47,344 bases of DNA from positions 1-47,344 of IMG/VR virus record IMGVR_UViG_3300037589_000201. The stretch is one strand, 5' to 3'. The translations under genes and the position numbers were made by a program. The notes under the pieces were generated by a model. The model was not told the DNA's origin. It worked only from the letters and a program-made list of their open reading frames with translations, and made no database searches. How positions within the stretch are numbered: position 1 is the first letter of the stretch; every line of letters begins with the position of its first letter. This stretch comes from a virus (Duplodnaviria; Caudoviricetes). Below are positions 1-8,376 of the stretch, one piece after another.

Positions 1-219
1 ATGACCAACCACGAGAGTGCGGCCTTGGCAGACATCCTACTGGACAAGGCCATTCGTACCGGAATGCTGAAGCTTGAGCTTCGCCATGACCCAATCCTCA
101 ACTGCCCCCGTCTGGTCCTCATGGCGAGGGCCTGCCCAGGGTTCCCCTACTTCACGATCACCACCCTGCCACTTGACACACCAAAGGGGCCTAGCACAGA
201 TGCAGTCCGCGTTGCTTAA
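1..219 (+). CDS. Hypothetical protein upstream of RNAP
   Basis: 72-aa ORF with ATG at 1, overlapping the RNAP start; no recognised motif. Confidence 0.5.
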   Translation: MTNHESAALADILLDKAIRTGMLKLELRHDPILNCPRLVLMARACPGFPYFTITTLPLDTPKGPSTDAVRVA

Positions 220-2722
220 ACCCGAAGGTCCTCACCTGGAGGACAGCTGGGACGACCAAGTTCGCCTTGAGATGGAGATGCTGGAGCGTGGCCGGGAGCT
301 GATGTCCATCCGCATCGAGAAGGCCCGTACCAAGAAGGACATGACCCGCCTTCGCCCGGTGCGCTCCCTCATCACCGAGTTCCTGCCACCGGTCATCGAG
401 AGCCTGGAGGGCTGGATGTCCTCCGTGGTCAGCTCGAAGGGAGGGCCGAAGCCCATCGCCCACAAGTACCTCACCCAGCTACCCACAGGCACATCCTCGC
501 TGCTCGCCCTGAGGACGGTCTTCAGGTGCATCAGCATCGAGAAGCGGGAGATCATCCCCCTGGCCTACGAGATCGGAAGCTGGGTGGAGAACGAGGCCCG
601 CATGCTTGCCTGGGAGGATGAAGACCCTGAGGGCTGGGACGGCCTCCGGAAGTTCTACCAGCAGCGTGGAGCCAATGCGGCCCACCTGCGAAGGGCTACC
701 TCGGCGGTATTCAACAAGCACATCCGGAAGCGCATCGGTTGGGGGGAGTGGGGACAGGAGGCTCGCCGCAGGGTGGGCCTTCAGCTGTTGGACAACGTGA
801 TCCAAGGGACCCGCAGGTTCCACATCGCATCCGACATGTCCCTGGCGAAGGCGAGAAGCTCGAAGCGGGACCCCAGGGCCTGGCCTCTGGTGCTCCAACC
901 CGATCAGGGGATGATGGATTGGCTCGCCGGGGCACTCGATGATGAGATGCTCCACATGCCTGTCTTCATGCCAACCCTCATCAAGCCTAAGGGATGGGAT
1001 GGCCCCAGGGATGGTGGCTACTGGACACCGTTCGTCAGCACACCATTCCTCATCCGCTTCAAGGCCTCCCACGAGACCCAGCGGCAGCGGGCCATTGATG
1101 AGTACGACGCCTTGGACATGCCCGAGGTCTACTCCGCAATCAACCACGTCCAGGACACCTCATGGCGCATCAACCGTGGGGTGTTCGAGACTGTTCGCCA
1201 CATGTGGGACAAGGACCTGGCCCTCGGAGGTCTTCCCCGGAAAGAGGAGCTTCCCGTGCCGCCAAGGCCCGAGAATTGGGAGGAGGACCCTGAAGGCTAC
1301 AAGAGGTGGAGAGGCAAGGCTGGGGACATCAACACCGCCAACGCCAAGGCGGTCTCCAAGATGCTTGGTGTGGACCGGACCATCGGCCAGACAGGGCAGG
1401 CTCGGAGGTTCCTGGACTGCGAGGAGTTCTTCTTCCCCCAGATGCTGGACTTCCGTGGGCGGATGTATCCGATACCCTCAGACCTGTCCCCTCAAGGGAA
1501 CGACCTGCACCGTGGCATCCTGGAGTTCGCCGAAGGGAAGCCTGTAGGGGAGGACGGCGGAAGCTGGCTAGGGGTCCAGGTGGCCAACACCCATGGGGTG
1601 GACAAGGTGTCCCTCCAAGAACGTGTTGACTGGGCCTTCGAGCGGCGGGACCTTTGGCGGGCAATCGCAGAGGACCCCCTGGAGTATCGCCAGTGGGTTG
1701 AGGCTGATGACCCATTCCAAGCCCTAGCCGCCATCAAGGACCTGGACGGCTACATCCGGGAGGGTTCCTCCTATGTCTCCCACGCACCTATCCGGGTGGA
1801 CGGGACATGTAACGGCATCCAACACCTTTCGGCCCTCATACGGGACGAGGAGGGTGGGTCCTCGGTGAACCTTTTGGAGGCCGACAGCCCTCGGGACATC
1901 TACCAGGAGGTGGCGGACACCCTGACTGAAATCCTGGAGGTCGAGCACAAGGACGGCAACGAGCTGGCAAGCGCATGGCTGGACGCCTTCGGGGGACATG
2001 CCCCCAGGTCAGTCACAAAGCGGCCAGTGATGATCCTACCATACGGCGGTACCCGCATGGCCTACATGCAGTACACCCACGAGTGGCTGGATGAGTTCGA
2101 TCCTGTTGGCCTCAGCATCTCTCGGGAGATACGGGGAAAGGCTGTTGGGTTCTTGGCGTCCCGCATGTGGGGTGCTGTCAGCGCCAGGTTGCAGAAGGCA
2201 CAGGAGGTCATGAAGTGGCTTCAGGATTGCTCCAAGGTGGCGTCCGCTTCAGGGCTTCCCCTGTACTGGACAACACCGGCTGGGTTCGTCGTCAGGCACT
2301 TCTATGGGGAGATAGTCTCTTCCAGGGTGGACGTGAAGTTGGACGGCCAGAGGGTTAACCTGCGGGTGAACAACGTGCAACCAACACTGGACGCAAAGGC
2401 GCAGGCTACAGGTATCGCACCAAACTTCATCCACTCCCTCGACGCCTCGGCCATGATGTCCTGCATCAACCTGTGCAAGGCTGAGGGCATCAACTCCCTC
2501 ACAACCATCCACGACAGCTACGGGACCCACGCATCGGACATGTGGAAGCTCTACTCCTGCATACGGGAGGGTTTCATCGAGACCTACCGTGGTGACCCCC
2601 TCGCTGACTTCCTTTCAGGGTGTCAGAGGATAACACCAAACGCTGGTGCGTGGCCGCAAATGCCGAAACGCGGAACGCTGAACATCGAGGCTGTCCGCTT
2701 CTCCGACTACTTCTTTTCCTGA
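200..2722 (+). CDS. T7-like single-subunit DNA-directed RNA polymerase (gp1-like)
   Basis: Motifs DFRGRMY, DGTCNGIQHLSA, RSVTKRPVMILPYG, APNFIHSLDA, IHDSYGTH and C-terminal DYFFS; ATG at 200 preferred over the TTG at 74. Confidence 0.98.
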   Translation: MQSALLKPEGPHLEDSWDDQVRLEMEMLERGRELMSIRIEKARTKKDMTRLRPVRSLITEFLPPVIESLEGWMSSVVSSKGGPKPIAHKYLTQLPTGTSSLLALRTVFRCISIEKREIIPLAYEIGSWVENEARMLAWEDEDPEGWDGLRKFYQQRGANAAHLRRATSAVFNKHIRKRIGWGEWGQEARRRVGLQLLDNVIQGTRRFHIASDMSLAKARSSKRDPRAWPLVLQPDQGMMDWLAGALDDEMLHMPVFMPTLIKPKGWDGPRDGGYWTPFVSTPFLIRFKASHETQRQRAIDEYDALDMPEVYSAINHVQDTSWRINRGVFETVRHMWDKDLALGGLPRKEELPVPPRPENWEEDPEGYKRWRGKAGDINTANAKAVSKMLGVDRTIGQTGQARRFLDCEEFFFPQMLDFRGRMYPIPSDLSPQGNDLHRGILEFAEGKPVGEDGGSWLGVQVANTHGVDKVSLQERVDWAFERRDLWRAIAEDPLEYRQWVEADDPFQALAAIKDLDGYIREGSSYVSHAPIRVDGTCNGIQHLSALIRDEEGGSSVNLLEADSPRDIYQEVADTLTEILEVEHKDGNELASAWLDAFGGHAPRSVTKRPVMILPYGGTRMAYMQYTHEWLDEFDPVGLSISREIRGKAVGFLASRMWGAVSARLQKAQEVMKWLQDCSKVASASGLPLYWTTPAGFVVRHFYGEIVSSRVDVKLDGQRVNLRVNNVQPTLDAKAQATGIAPNFIHSLDASAMMSCINLCKAEGINSLTTIHDSYGTHASDMWKLYSCIREGFIETYRGDPLADFLSGCQRITPNAGAWPQMPKRGTLNIEAVRFSDYFFS

Positions 2723-2740
2723 CTATCTCACATTACACAC
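2722..2740 (+). promoter_or_regulatory. Dispersed 19-bp motif copy
   Basis: ACTATCTCACATTACACAC at the RNAP stop codon. Confidence 0.6.
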
Positions 2741-2778
2741 AGTTATCCACCGTTCTGAATAACACGGAGTTTTCGCAA

Positions 2779-3096
2779 ATGGCTAAGCCTGCACCATTCA
2801 AATCCCTCTGGGCTATCATCTTCACTACATGGCCCGTGGAGATCGCCAAGTTCTATGGAGGAAGCCTGGAGAACGCCCACACCTCTGCCGGGGAGGCGGC
2901 GTTCTTAAAGATCATGGCCTCGGGCCTCGCACTCGTACTGGGGTTGCTGGGAGTTAGCTTTATCTCCGCAACGGGTACGGCTGGCGTACTTGTCGTTGGG
3001 GTCATCATCACCGTCTTCGACCTGATCCGCCTCTGGGGCTACGTACTCCTCCGTATGGAAGCTGCTGGAGACGAGGAGGGCCAGGACCGTGGCTAA
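2779..3096 (+). CDS. Small membrane protein
   Basis: GGAG RBS before ATG 2779; two hydrophobic stretches. Confidence 0.7.
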   Translation: MAKPAPFKSLWAIIFTTWPVEIAKFYGGSLENAHTSAGEAAFLKIMASGLALVLGLLGVSFISATGTAGVLVVGVIITVFDLIRLWGYVLLRMEAAGDEEGQDRG

Positions 3097-3397
3097 TTCG
3101 CTCTCCACCCGTATCGACCGGGACGTACTGAACTCCTTGCCCAGGGACCGCATTGCCGGGATGACCCAGGCGATCTTGGACCCGATCTCCTCCGAGAAGG
3201 GTGAGGAGCTTCTGGCGGCATCGGCCACCCTCTTCGCTGTGATGGTGGAGCGGTACGAAAGCTCCCCGCAGGACCTCTACCTCTACGGCAAGCGCGTCCT
3301 GGGGGCGGAGGAGGACTTCCACAAGAAGGGCAACGACCAGCTGGAGGCCCTGAGGGACTTCGCGGCGCTTCGTGTCCGTGGCGAACCCATCATCTGA
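3089..3397 (+). CDS. Hypothetical phage protein
   Basis: 102-aa ORF, GTG start, phage-like codon use, coupled to the upstream gene. Confidence 0.75.
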   Translation: MANSLSTRIDRDVLNSLPRDRIAGMTQAILDPISSEKGEELLAASATLFAVMVERYESSPQDLYLYGKRVLGAEEDFHKKGNDQLEALRDFAALRVRGEPII

Positions 3398-3415
3398 CCA
3401 TACCACATCCCACAC
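3397..3415 (+). promoter_or_regulatory. Dispersed 19-bp motif copy
   Basis: ACCATACCACATCCCACAC between a stop codon and the AAGGAG RBS of SSB. Confidence 0.75.
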
Positions 3416-3429
3416 AAAGGAGCCTACCA

Positions 3430-4053
3430 ATGGCAAGCCGCTACTTCCTGTCCCCAATCGGCGACTTCTCCGACTACCCCTGGATCAACAAGCCGGACAC
3501 CAAGTTCAACGCCGATGGTCTCTACCACACCGGCCTGGATGTCCCACTCGAAGAGGCCCTCCCGACCATGGAGAAGATCGAGGCCGCAGCCAAGGCATCC
3601 CTCGCCAAGCAGACGGACGAGATGACCCCCGGCCAGGCCAAGAAGTGGTCCCTCCAGCTGCCCTTCGAGGAGCTTGAGGACGAGGAGGGCGAGAAGACCG
3701 GCATCGTGCGGTTCACCTTCAAGCAGAACGCGAAGATCAAGACCAAGGACAAGGGCGTCAAGGACATCAAGATCGAGGTCCGCGATGCTGCCGACAAGAT
3801 CATCGACGCCTCCATCTGGGGCGGCGACAAGGGCCGCATCATGTTCACCATGCGGGACATCGTGATCACCTCCGCGCAGCGGGCCGGTGTTCGCCTGGAC
3901 TTCGCCAAGGTGCAGCTGGTCGAGAAGGGCAACGGTACCTCCCAGGGCTTCGGCGCGGTGGATGGTGGCTACGTGGCTAACGAGGGTTCCTCCGAGGACG
4001 ACTACGATCCGGACAATGCCGGTGAGGGTGAGGTCGAGAAGGGGGACTACTGA
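3430..4053 (+). CDS. Single-stranded DNA-binding protein (gp2.5-like)
   Basis: YPWINKPDTKFN motif, GVRLDFAKVQLVE, acidic C-terminal tail ending in an aromatic residue; T7 synteny. Confidence 0.92.
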   Translation: MASRYFLSPIGDFSDYPWINKPDTKFNADGLYHTGLDVPLEEALPTMEKIEAAAKASLAKQTDEMTPGQAKKWSLQLPFEELEDEEGEKTGIVRFTFKQNAKIKTKDKGVKDIKIEVRDAADKIIDASIWGGDKGRIMFTMRDIVITSAQRAGVRLDFAKVQLVEKGNGTSQGFGAVDGGYVANEGSSEDDYDPDNAGEGEVEKGDY

Positions 4054-4271
4054 TGCGCGACATGCTCATGACAATCCTCTGGGCTGTGTGCGCCATCGCC
4101 AACCTGGCTGCATGCGTCTTCTTCGGGGGTATCGTGGTGGACGCCCTGTTCGGAGGCACTGAAGGTCCCCACACCCTCCTCGGCTTCATCGGCGGGGTCA
4201 TCGTATGGGTGGTGCCGATCTGGCTCTCCTACGATCTCGGCGCTGGGGACGACTTCCTGGACCACACCTGA
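4053..4271 (+). CDS. Small two-TM membrane protein
   Basis: TGATG coupling; two hydrophobic helices. Confidence 0.7.
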   Translation: MRDMLMTILWAVCAIANLAACVFFGGIVVDALFGGTEGPHTLLGFIGGVIVWVVPIWLSYDLGAGDDFLDHT

Positions 4272-4759
4272 TGGGTGTCTCCAAGGCCCGGATGAACAAG
4301 CGGCGTGGCAGGGTATTCCCCAAGCGCCGCCCAACCAACATGGCGAATGGAATGAGGCACGGCTTCCGGTCTGGCCTGGAGGAGCAGAACGCCAACGTCA
4401 TCGTGAATGCTGGCGAGAAGCTCCGCTTCGAGGACATCAAGATACCCTACGTGGTGCCTGAGTCCGACCACACCTACACACCGGACTTCGTGCTTGAGAA
4501 CGGCATCATCGCCGAGACCAAGGGCAAGCTGGAGCAGAGGGATCGCGTCAAGCACCTCCTCATCCAGGAGCAGTGGCCGGGGCTGGACATTCGGTTCGTC
4601 TTCCAGCGCCCCCATGACCCCATCCGGAAGGGTTCCAAGACGACCTACGCCATGTGGTGCGACAAGCACAACATCAAGTGGTCCAGCAAGATCATCCCCG
4701 CACACTGGTTCGAGGAGGCTGGCCCGGATGTCCAACCCGATGAGGTGTTGAAGAAATGA
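4271..4759 (+). CDS. Endonuclease I / Holliday junction resolvase (gp3-like)
   Basis: FRSGLEE, YTPDFVLENGIIAETKG, DIRFVFQ, KTTYAMWCDKH; start may be 4271, 4292 or 4340. Confidence 0.95.
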   Translation: MGVSKARMNKRRGRVFPKRRPTNMANGMRHGFRSGLEEQNANVIVNAGEKLRFEDIKIPYVVPESDHTYTPDFVLENGIIAETKGKLEQRDRVKHLLIQEQWPGLDIRFVFQRPHDPIRKGSKTTYAMWCDKHNIKWSSKIIPAHWFEEAGPDVQPDEVLKK

Positions 4760-4926
4760 CCAGCGGACAGATCGTCACCGCAGCCTTCGGGCTTTTCGTA
4801 CTCCTTGCGGTGGTCACCCTTGCGGGGTGCGGCCACAAGAACTCCGAGGACCAGCTCTACAAGATGGTCTCCCAGCCCCAGCTGGACAGCTACATCGAGC
4901 ACCCTGAGGTCCTCCCCAACTACTGA
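4756..4926 (+). CDS. Small lipoprotein (56 aa, not in ORF track)
   Basis: MTSGQIVTAAFGLFVLLAVVTLAG-C: hydrophobic signal plus LAGC lipobox; ATGA overlap with the upstream stop. Confidence 0.7.
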   Translation: MTSGQIVTAAFGLFVLLAVVTLAGCGHKNSEDQLYKMVSQPQLDSYIEHPEVLPNY

Positions 4927-4938
4927 CAGGAGAAGACC

Positions 4939-5139
4939 ATGAGCAGTAAAGCACGGGTGCAGTTCCGCATCACCCCCACAGAGTTTGGCTGGCCTCGGTA
5001 TCAGCTTCAGTTCCGTAACAGCCTTTGGGGCTTCACGGTTTACTGGGAGACCATCCGGAAGTCCGACCACCTGTGGGACCTCCAGGAGGAGGCCGAGAGG
5101 CTGTCAACTCCTTGGGTGGACTATCAGGTAGAACGCTGA
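4939..5139 (+). CDS. Hypothetical protein
   Basis: AGGAG RBS, 66 aa. Confidence 0.7.
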   Translation: MSSKARVQFRITPTEFGWPRYQLQFRNSLWGFTVYWETIRKSDHLWDLQEEAERLSTPWVDYQVER

Positions 5140-5669
5140 TGACGGCCCTGAGGTACAAGGCCCGCAAAGAGACCAACGCCATCCTCCTCCACGACAGCCA
5201 TACGGACCCTGATGTGGTCACCGGCCAGGAGGTGCAGAGGTGGTCGGCCTTGGCGGAAGAAGGGGGCCTCAAGATGGGCCTCCTTGGGGTGGGATACCAC
5301 TTCATCATCGAGCGGACTGGCGAGGTCGTGGAGACACGCCGCCGCCACCTGGTCGGCACCCACACTCCAGGACACAACATGGACTCCATCGGCATCTGCC
5401 TGGTGGGTGGCCGTGAGAAGTCCACCGGGGCCGAGGGCATCGACAACTTCACGGTCCCCCAGCGAAGAGCACTCCTACAGCTCCTGGCCTCCCTCAGGGA
5501 GGAGTATGGAGACATCCCCGTAAAGGGCCACTCAGAGGTTCAGCGGTACCGGAACAGGTGCCTGGCTGATTGCCCGGCCCTGGACATGGAGGAGCTTCGC
5601 CAGGACCTCCGTCTATTCGAACACAATGGGAAGATACTCTATGACGAAGAGAACACTTACGCCCGCTGA
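5139..5669 (+). CDS. N-acetylmuramoyl-L-alanine amidase (T7 lysozyme gp3.5-like)
   Basis: ILLHDS, GVGYHFII, GTHTPGHNMDSIGICLVGG, NFT, GH...CP; located between endonuclease and primase. Confidence 0.93.
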   Translation: MTALRYKARKETNAILLHDSHTDPDVVTGQEVQRWSALAEEGGLKMGLLGVGYHFIIERTGEVVETRRRHLVGTHTPGHNMDSIGICLVGGREKSTGAEGIDNFTVPQRRALLQLLASLREEYGDIPVKGHSEVQRYRNRCLADCPALDMEELRQDLRLFEHNGKILYDEENTYAR

Positions 5670-5895
5670 AGAGAAGGGCCTCTCCGAGCAGCAGGCCCGC
5701 GTCTATGATGTCCTGAAGCAGGGACGTGGACTGTCCAACCTGCTGGCACTCACCAACCACGGCATCGGGTCTCTCTCCTCTCGGGTGGCAGAGCTTCGGA
5801 AGAAGTTCGACCTCCACATCACCTCCGAGCAGCGGACGGACACCACCGGGAAGAAGTATGCAGTCTACAGCATACCGCAGGAGGAGGGTCGATGA
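5641..5895 (+). CDS. Small winged helix-turn-helix DNA-binding protein
   Basis: QQARVYDVLKQG...LSSRVAELRKK...YAVY pattern typical of small phage wHTH proteins. Confidence 0.7.
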   Translation: MTKRTLTPAEEKGLSEQQARVYDVLKQGRGLSNLLALTNHGIGSLSSRVAELRKKFDLHITSEQRTDTTGKKYAVYSIPQEEGR

Positions 5896-6095
5896 AGTAC
5901 GTATGGATCGTCTCAGGCACCACGGAAAGCGGTGACGACTGGCAGCTGGCATTCGACACAGAGCCGTCAGAGGCCCGCATCATTGAGGTCCTGATGGCCA
6001 CCCCAGGACTCCAGGAAGAGTACGAGGCGGAGTGCATTCAGGGGTGGTCTGTCAACAAGGAAGCTGTCCTTTCAGGGCAATCCAGCGAGGAGTAG
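5892..6095 (+). CDS. Hypothetical protein
   Basis: GGAGG RBS, ATGA overlap. Confidence 0.7.
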   Translation: MKYVWIVSGTTESGDDWQLAFDTEPSEARIIEVLMATPGLQEEYEAECIQGWSVNKEAVLSGQSSEE

Positions 6096-6100
6096 AGCCG

Positions 6101-7789
6101 ATGCTCTCCGATGATCTGTCCGCCGTGGTCGTGTCCAAGGGTCCCTGCGACGAGTGTGGCTCCTCGGACAACCTAGTGACTTACGCGGATGGGCACGAGT
6201 TCTGCTACAGCCCAGGCTGCGGCCTGAGGAAGGGTCCTGACAATATGGAAGACGCTGAGCCGTTCAAACCATCCCAGAAGGAAACCAGCGCGATCCCCTT
6301 TACGGAGGAGCACCAGACCAGCGGCCTTCGCAGCCGGGGCCTGGAGCGGGAGACCCTGAGGAAGGCCGGATACTTCGTCCATCAGGAGGGCGACAAGTTC
6401 CTCCAGGTGGCGAACTACTACTCCCAGAACGGGAACCTCAGTCACCAGAAGTTCCGCTCCAAGGACAAGAAGTTCTGGTTCACCGATGTGGCCGGTCTCG
6501 GGGTACGCACCAAGCACCTCCAGCTGTACCTCCAGCACTACTGGGGCGAGAAGCATGACAAGCGCCTCATCATCACCGAGGGGGAGCTGGATGCACTCTC
6601 CGTGGCGCAGGCCACCAACTGGAAGGTCCCCGTGGTGTCTCTCGTGCAGGGCATCGCCAACGCGGTGGAATGCCTCAAGGCCAACTACCGGTGGATCGAC
6701 CGGTACGACGAGATAATCCTGTGGTTCGACAATGACGAGCCTGGGCAGTCGATGATCGCCGAGTGTGCCTCCCTGTTCCCTCCGGGCCGGGTCAAGACGA
6801 TCACGGTGGAAGGCGTGAAGGATGCCAGCGAGATGCTCCAAGCCAACCGGCCTGGGGACATCACGGCGGCGATCTACGGGGCCGTCACCTGGGCACCTTC
6901 CGGCATCATCAATGCGGCTGACTGTGGCGCAGACATGGACCAGGACGAGGCGGAGGTGATCTGCGAATACCCCTGGCCGAAGCTTCAGGAGATGACCTCG
7001 GGCATCCTGGAGAGCGAGGTGGTCTACCACGTTGGCGGTACCGGGATCGGCAAGACCTCCATCATCGTGGAGATACAGAACAAGCTCCTGGCCTCCGGGG
7101 TGAAGTTCGGGGTGATGCGCTTCGAAGATACCCGCCGCAAGGCCCAGCTGGACCTCATGTCCCGTTCGGTGAGCAGGCGGCTGCACCTGGAGCCTATGGA
7201 CAGCGAGACCCGCCGCAAGCTGCACTCGACGGTGTTCGGGAGCGGACTGGTGGAACTCCTGGACCCTGAGACGGCAGACTGGTCGTTTGACTCCATCATG
7301 GGGTACGCCCGGTACATGATGAAGGCCCTGGACTGCCGGGTTGTCTTCATCGACCCACTATCCTTCCTGGTGGCCGCATCTCAAGAGCGGGATGAGAGGA
7401 AGGCCCTGGACAACGTGGCCTACCAGCTGGCCCGCCATGTGAAGCAGAACCGTGGGAACTTCCAGATATGTCACCACCTTTCGCGTGGGGAAGGGAAGGC
7501 CCATGAAGAGGGCGGGGAGATCAGCCTGAAGCACATCAGAGGGTCTGGCGGCGTGGCCAACTTCTCGATGGCAGTGTTCGGATACGAAAGGAACCAGCAG
7601 GGCGAGAGGTCAGACCTCTCCCGCATCAGGGTCCTGAAGAACCGCTTCACGGGCACCACAGGCCTCGCAGACACCATCAAGTGGGATGACTTCGCTGGGA
7701 CCCTTACGGCGACCGACGAGCCATACCCGAGTGACGATAATGAAGGTGGGGACTTCGGTCCTCCGCCCACAGCCAATCAGGAATACTAA
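6101..7789 (+). CDS. DNA primase/helicase (gp4-like)
   Basis: Zn finger CDECGSSD...FCYSPGC, TOPRIM ITEGELDA and FDNDEPG, Walker A GGTGIGKTS, IRGSG, VLKNRFTG. Confidence 0.97.
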   Translation: MLSDDLSAVVVSKGPCDECGSSDNLVTYADGHEFCYSPGCGLRKGPDNMEDAEPFKPSQKETSAIPFTEEHQTSGLRSRGLERETLRKAGYFVHQEGDKFLQVANYYSQNGNLSHQKFRSKDKKFWFTDVAGLGVRTKHLQLYLQHYWGEKHDKRLIITEGELDALSVAQATNWKVPVVSLVQGIANAVECLKANYRWIDRYDEIILWFDNDEPGQSMIAECASLFPPGRVKTITVEGVKDASEMLQANRPGDITAAIYGAVTWAPSGIINAADCGADMDQDEAEVICEYPWPKLQEMTSGILESEVVYHVGGTGIGKTSIIVEIQNKLLASGVKFGVMRFEDTRRKAQLDLMSRSVSRRLHLEPMDSETRRKLHSTVFGSGLVELLDPETADWSFDSIMGYARYMMKALDCRVVFIDPLSFLVAASQERDERKALDNVAYQLARHVKQNRGNFQICHHLSRGEGKAHEEGGEISLKHIRGSGGVANFSMAVFGYERNQQGERSDLSRIRVLKNRFTGTTGLADTIKWDDFAGTLTATDEPYPSDDNEGGDFGPPPTANQEY

Positions 7790-7790
7790 C

Positions 7791-8102
7791 GTGAGCGAAA
7801 TGAAGGACGCGCTGGCGCGGATGCGAGAGGAGCTTACGGCCCTCAACAAGGCAGTGACTGAGCAGGGCATACGCCTCACCTTGGCCCAGGCCTGGATCGA
7901 CCTCTACAAGTACGGCTACGACATGTTCCGTGCCTATGGCGTCGATTTCAAGCTCCTCCGGGAGTACAACGAGGACAGCACTCTCGATGAGGCGGCGGAG
8001 CTTCCACTCAGCCAGGCCCGCCTGAAGATCGTCCAGTACATCGGGAGGGTTCGCAGTGGCATCAACGCGGCAGTCCGCCGAAAGCAGTTCAGGCTGCACT
8101 GA
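7791..8102 (+). CDS. Hypothetical protein
   Basis: GTG start after AGGA RBS, directly after the helicase stop. Confidence 0.7.
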   Translation: MSEMKDALARMREELTALNKAVTEQGIRLTLAQAWIDLYKYGYDMFRAYGVDFKLLREYNEDSTLDEAAELPLSQARLKIVQYIGRVRSGINAAVRRKQFRLH

Positions 8103-8376
8103 CTCTACCACACTACGCACGTTCTACCGGTCGAGGACCCTTCGAGAGAAGGTCGTCTTCGAGGTGGACACAAAGGGAGACGTTACCAGGGTCCTCTCGG
8201 TAACGGCGGTCCAAGTTGGTCCGACAGTGATCGGGGACTGGGCGGAGGGGGACAGTCCCTACCCGGCCCTGGACGAGGCCCCAAGGCGTGAACGCAACGA
8301 GGTCGGCAAGTGGTCCCGGCGCATTAAGGCATCGAAAAGGTTTGGACTTGATGGAGACGAAGACAACGGCGACTGA
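8056..8376 (+). CDS. Hypothetical protein, start uncertain
   Basis: Open frame filling the gap before PolA; no clear RBS/start. Confidence 0.4.
   Translation: MASTRQSAESSSGCTDSTTLRTFYRSRTLREKVVFEVDTKGDVTRVLSVTAVQVGPTVIGDWAEGDSPYPALDEAPRRERNEVGKWSRRIKASKRFGLDGDEDNGD
8102..8120 (+). promoter_or_regulatory. Dispersed 19-bp motif copy
   Basis: ACTCTACCACACTACGCAC at a stop codon. Confidence 0.65.

Noticed and set aside
172-200. CTTGACA upstream of RNAP as a host promoter
   Set aside because: No convincing -10 at 16-18 bp spacing, and it would collide with the start codon
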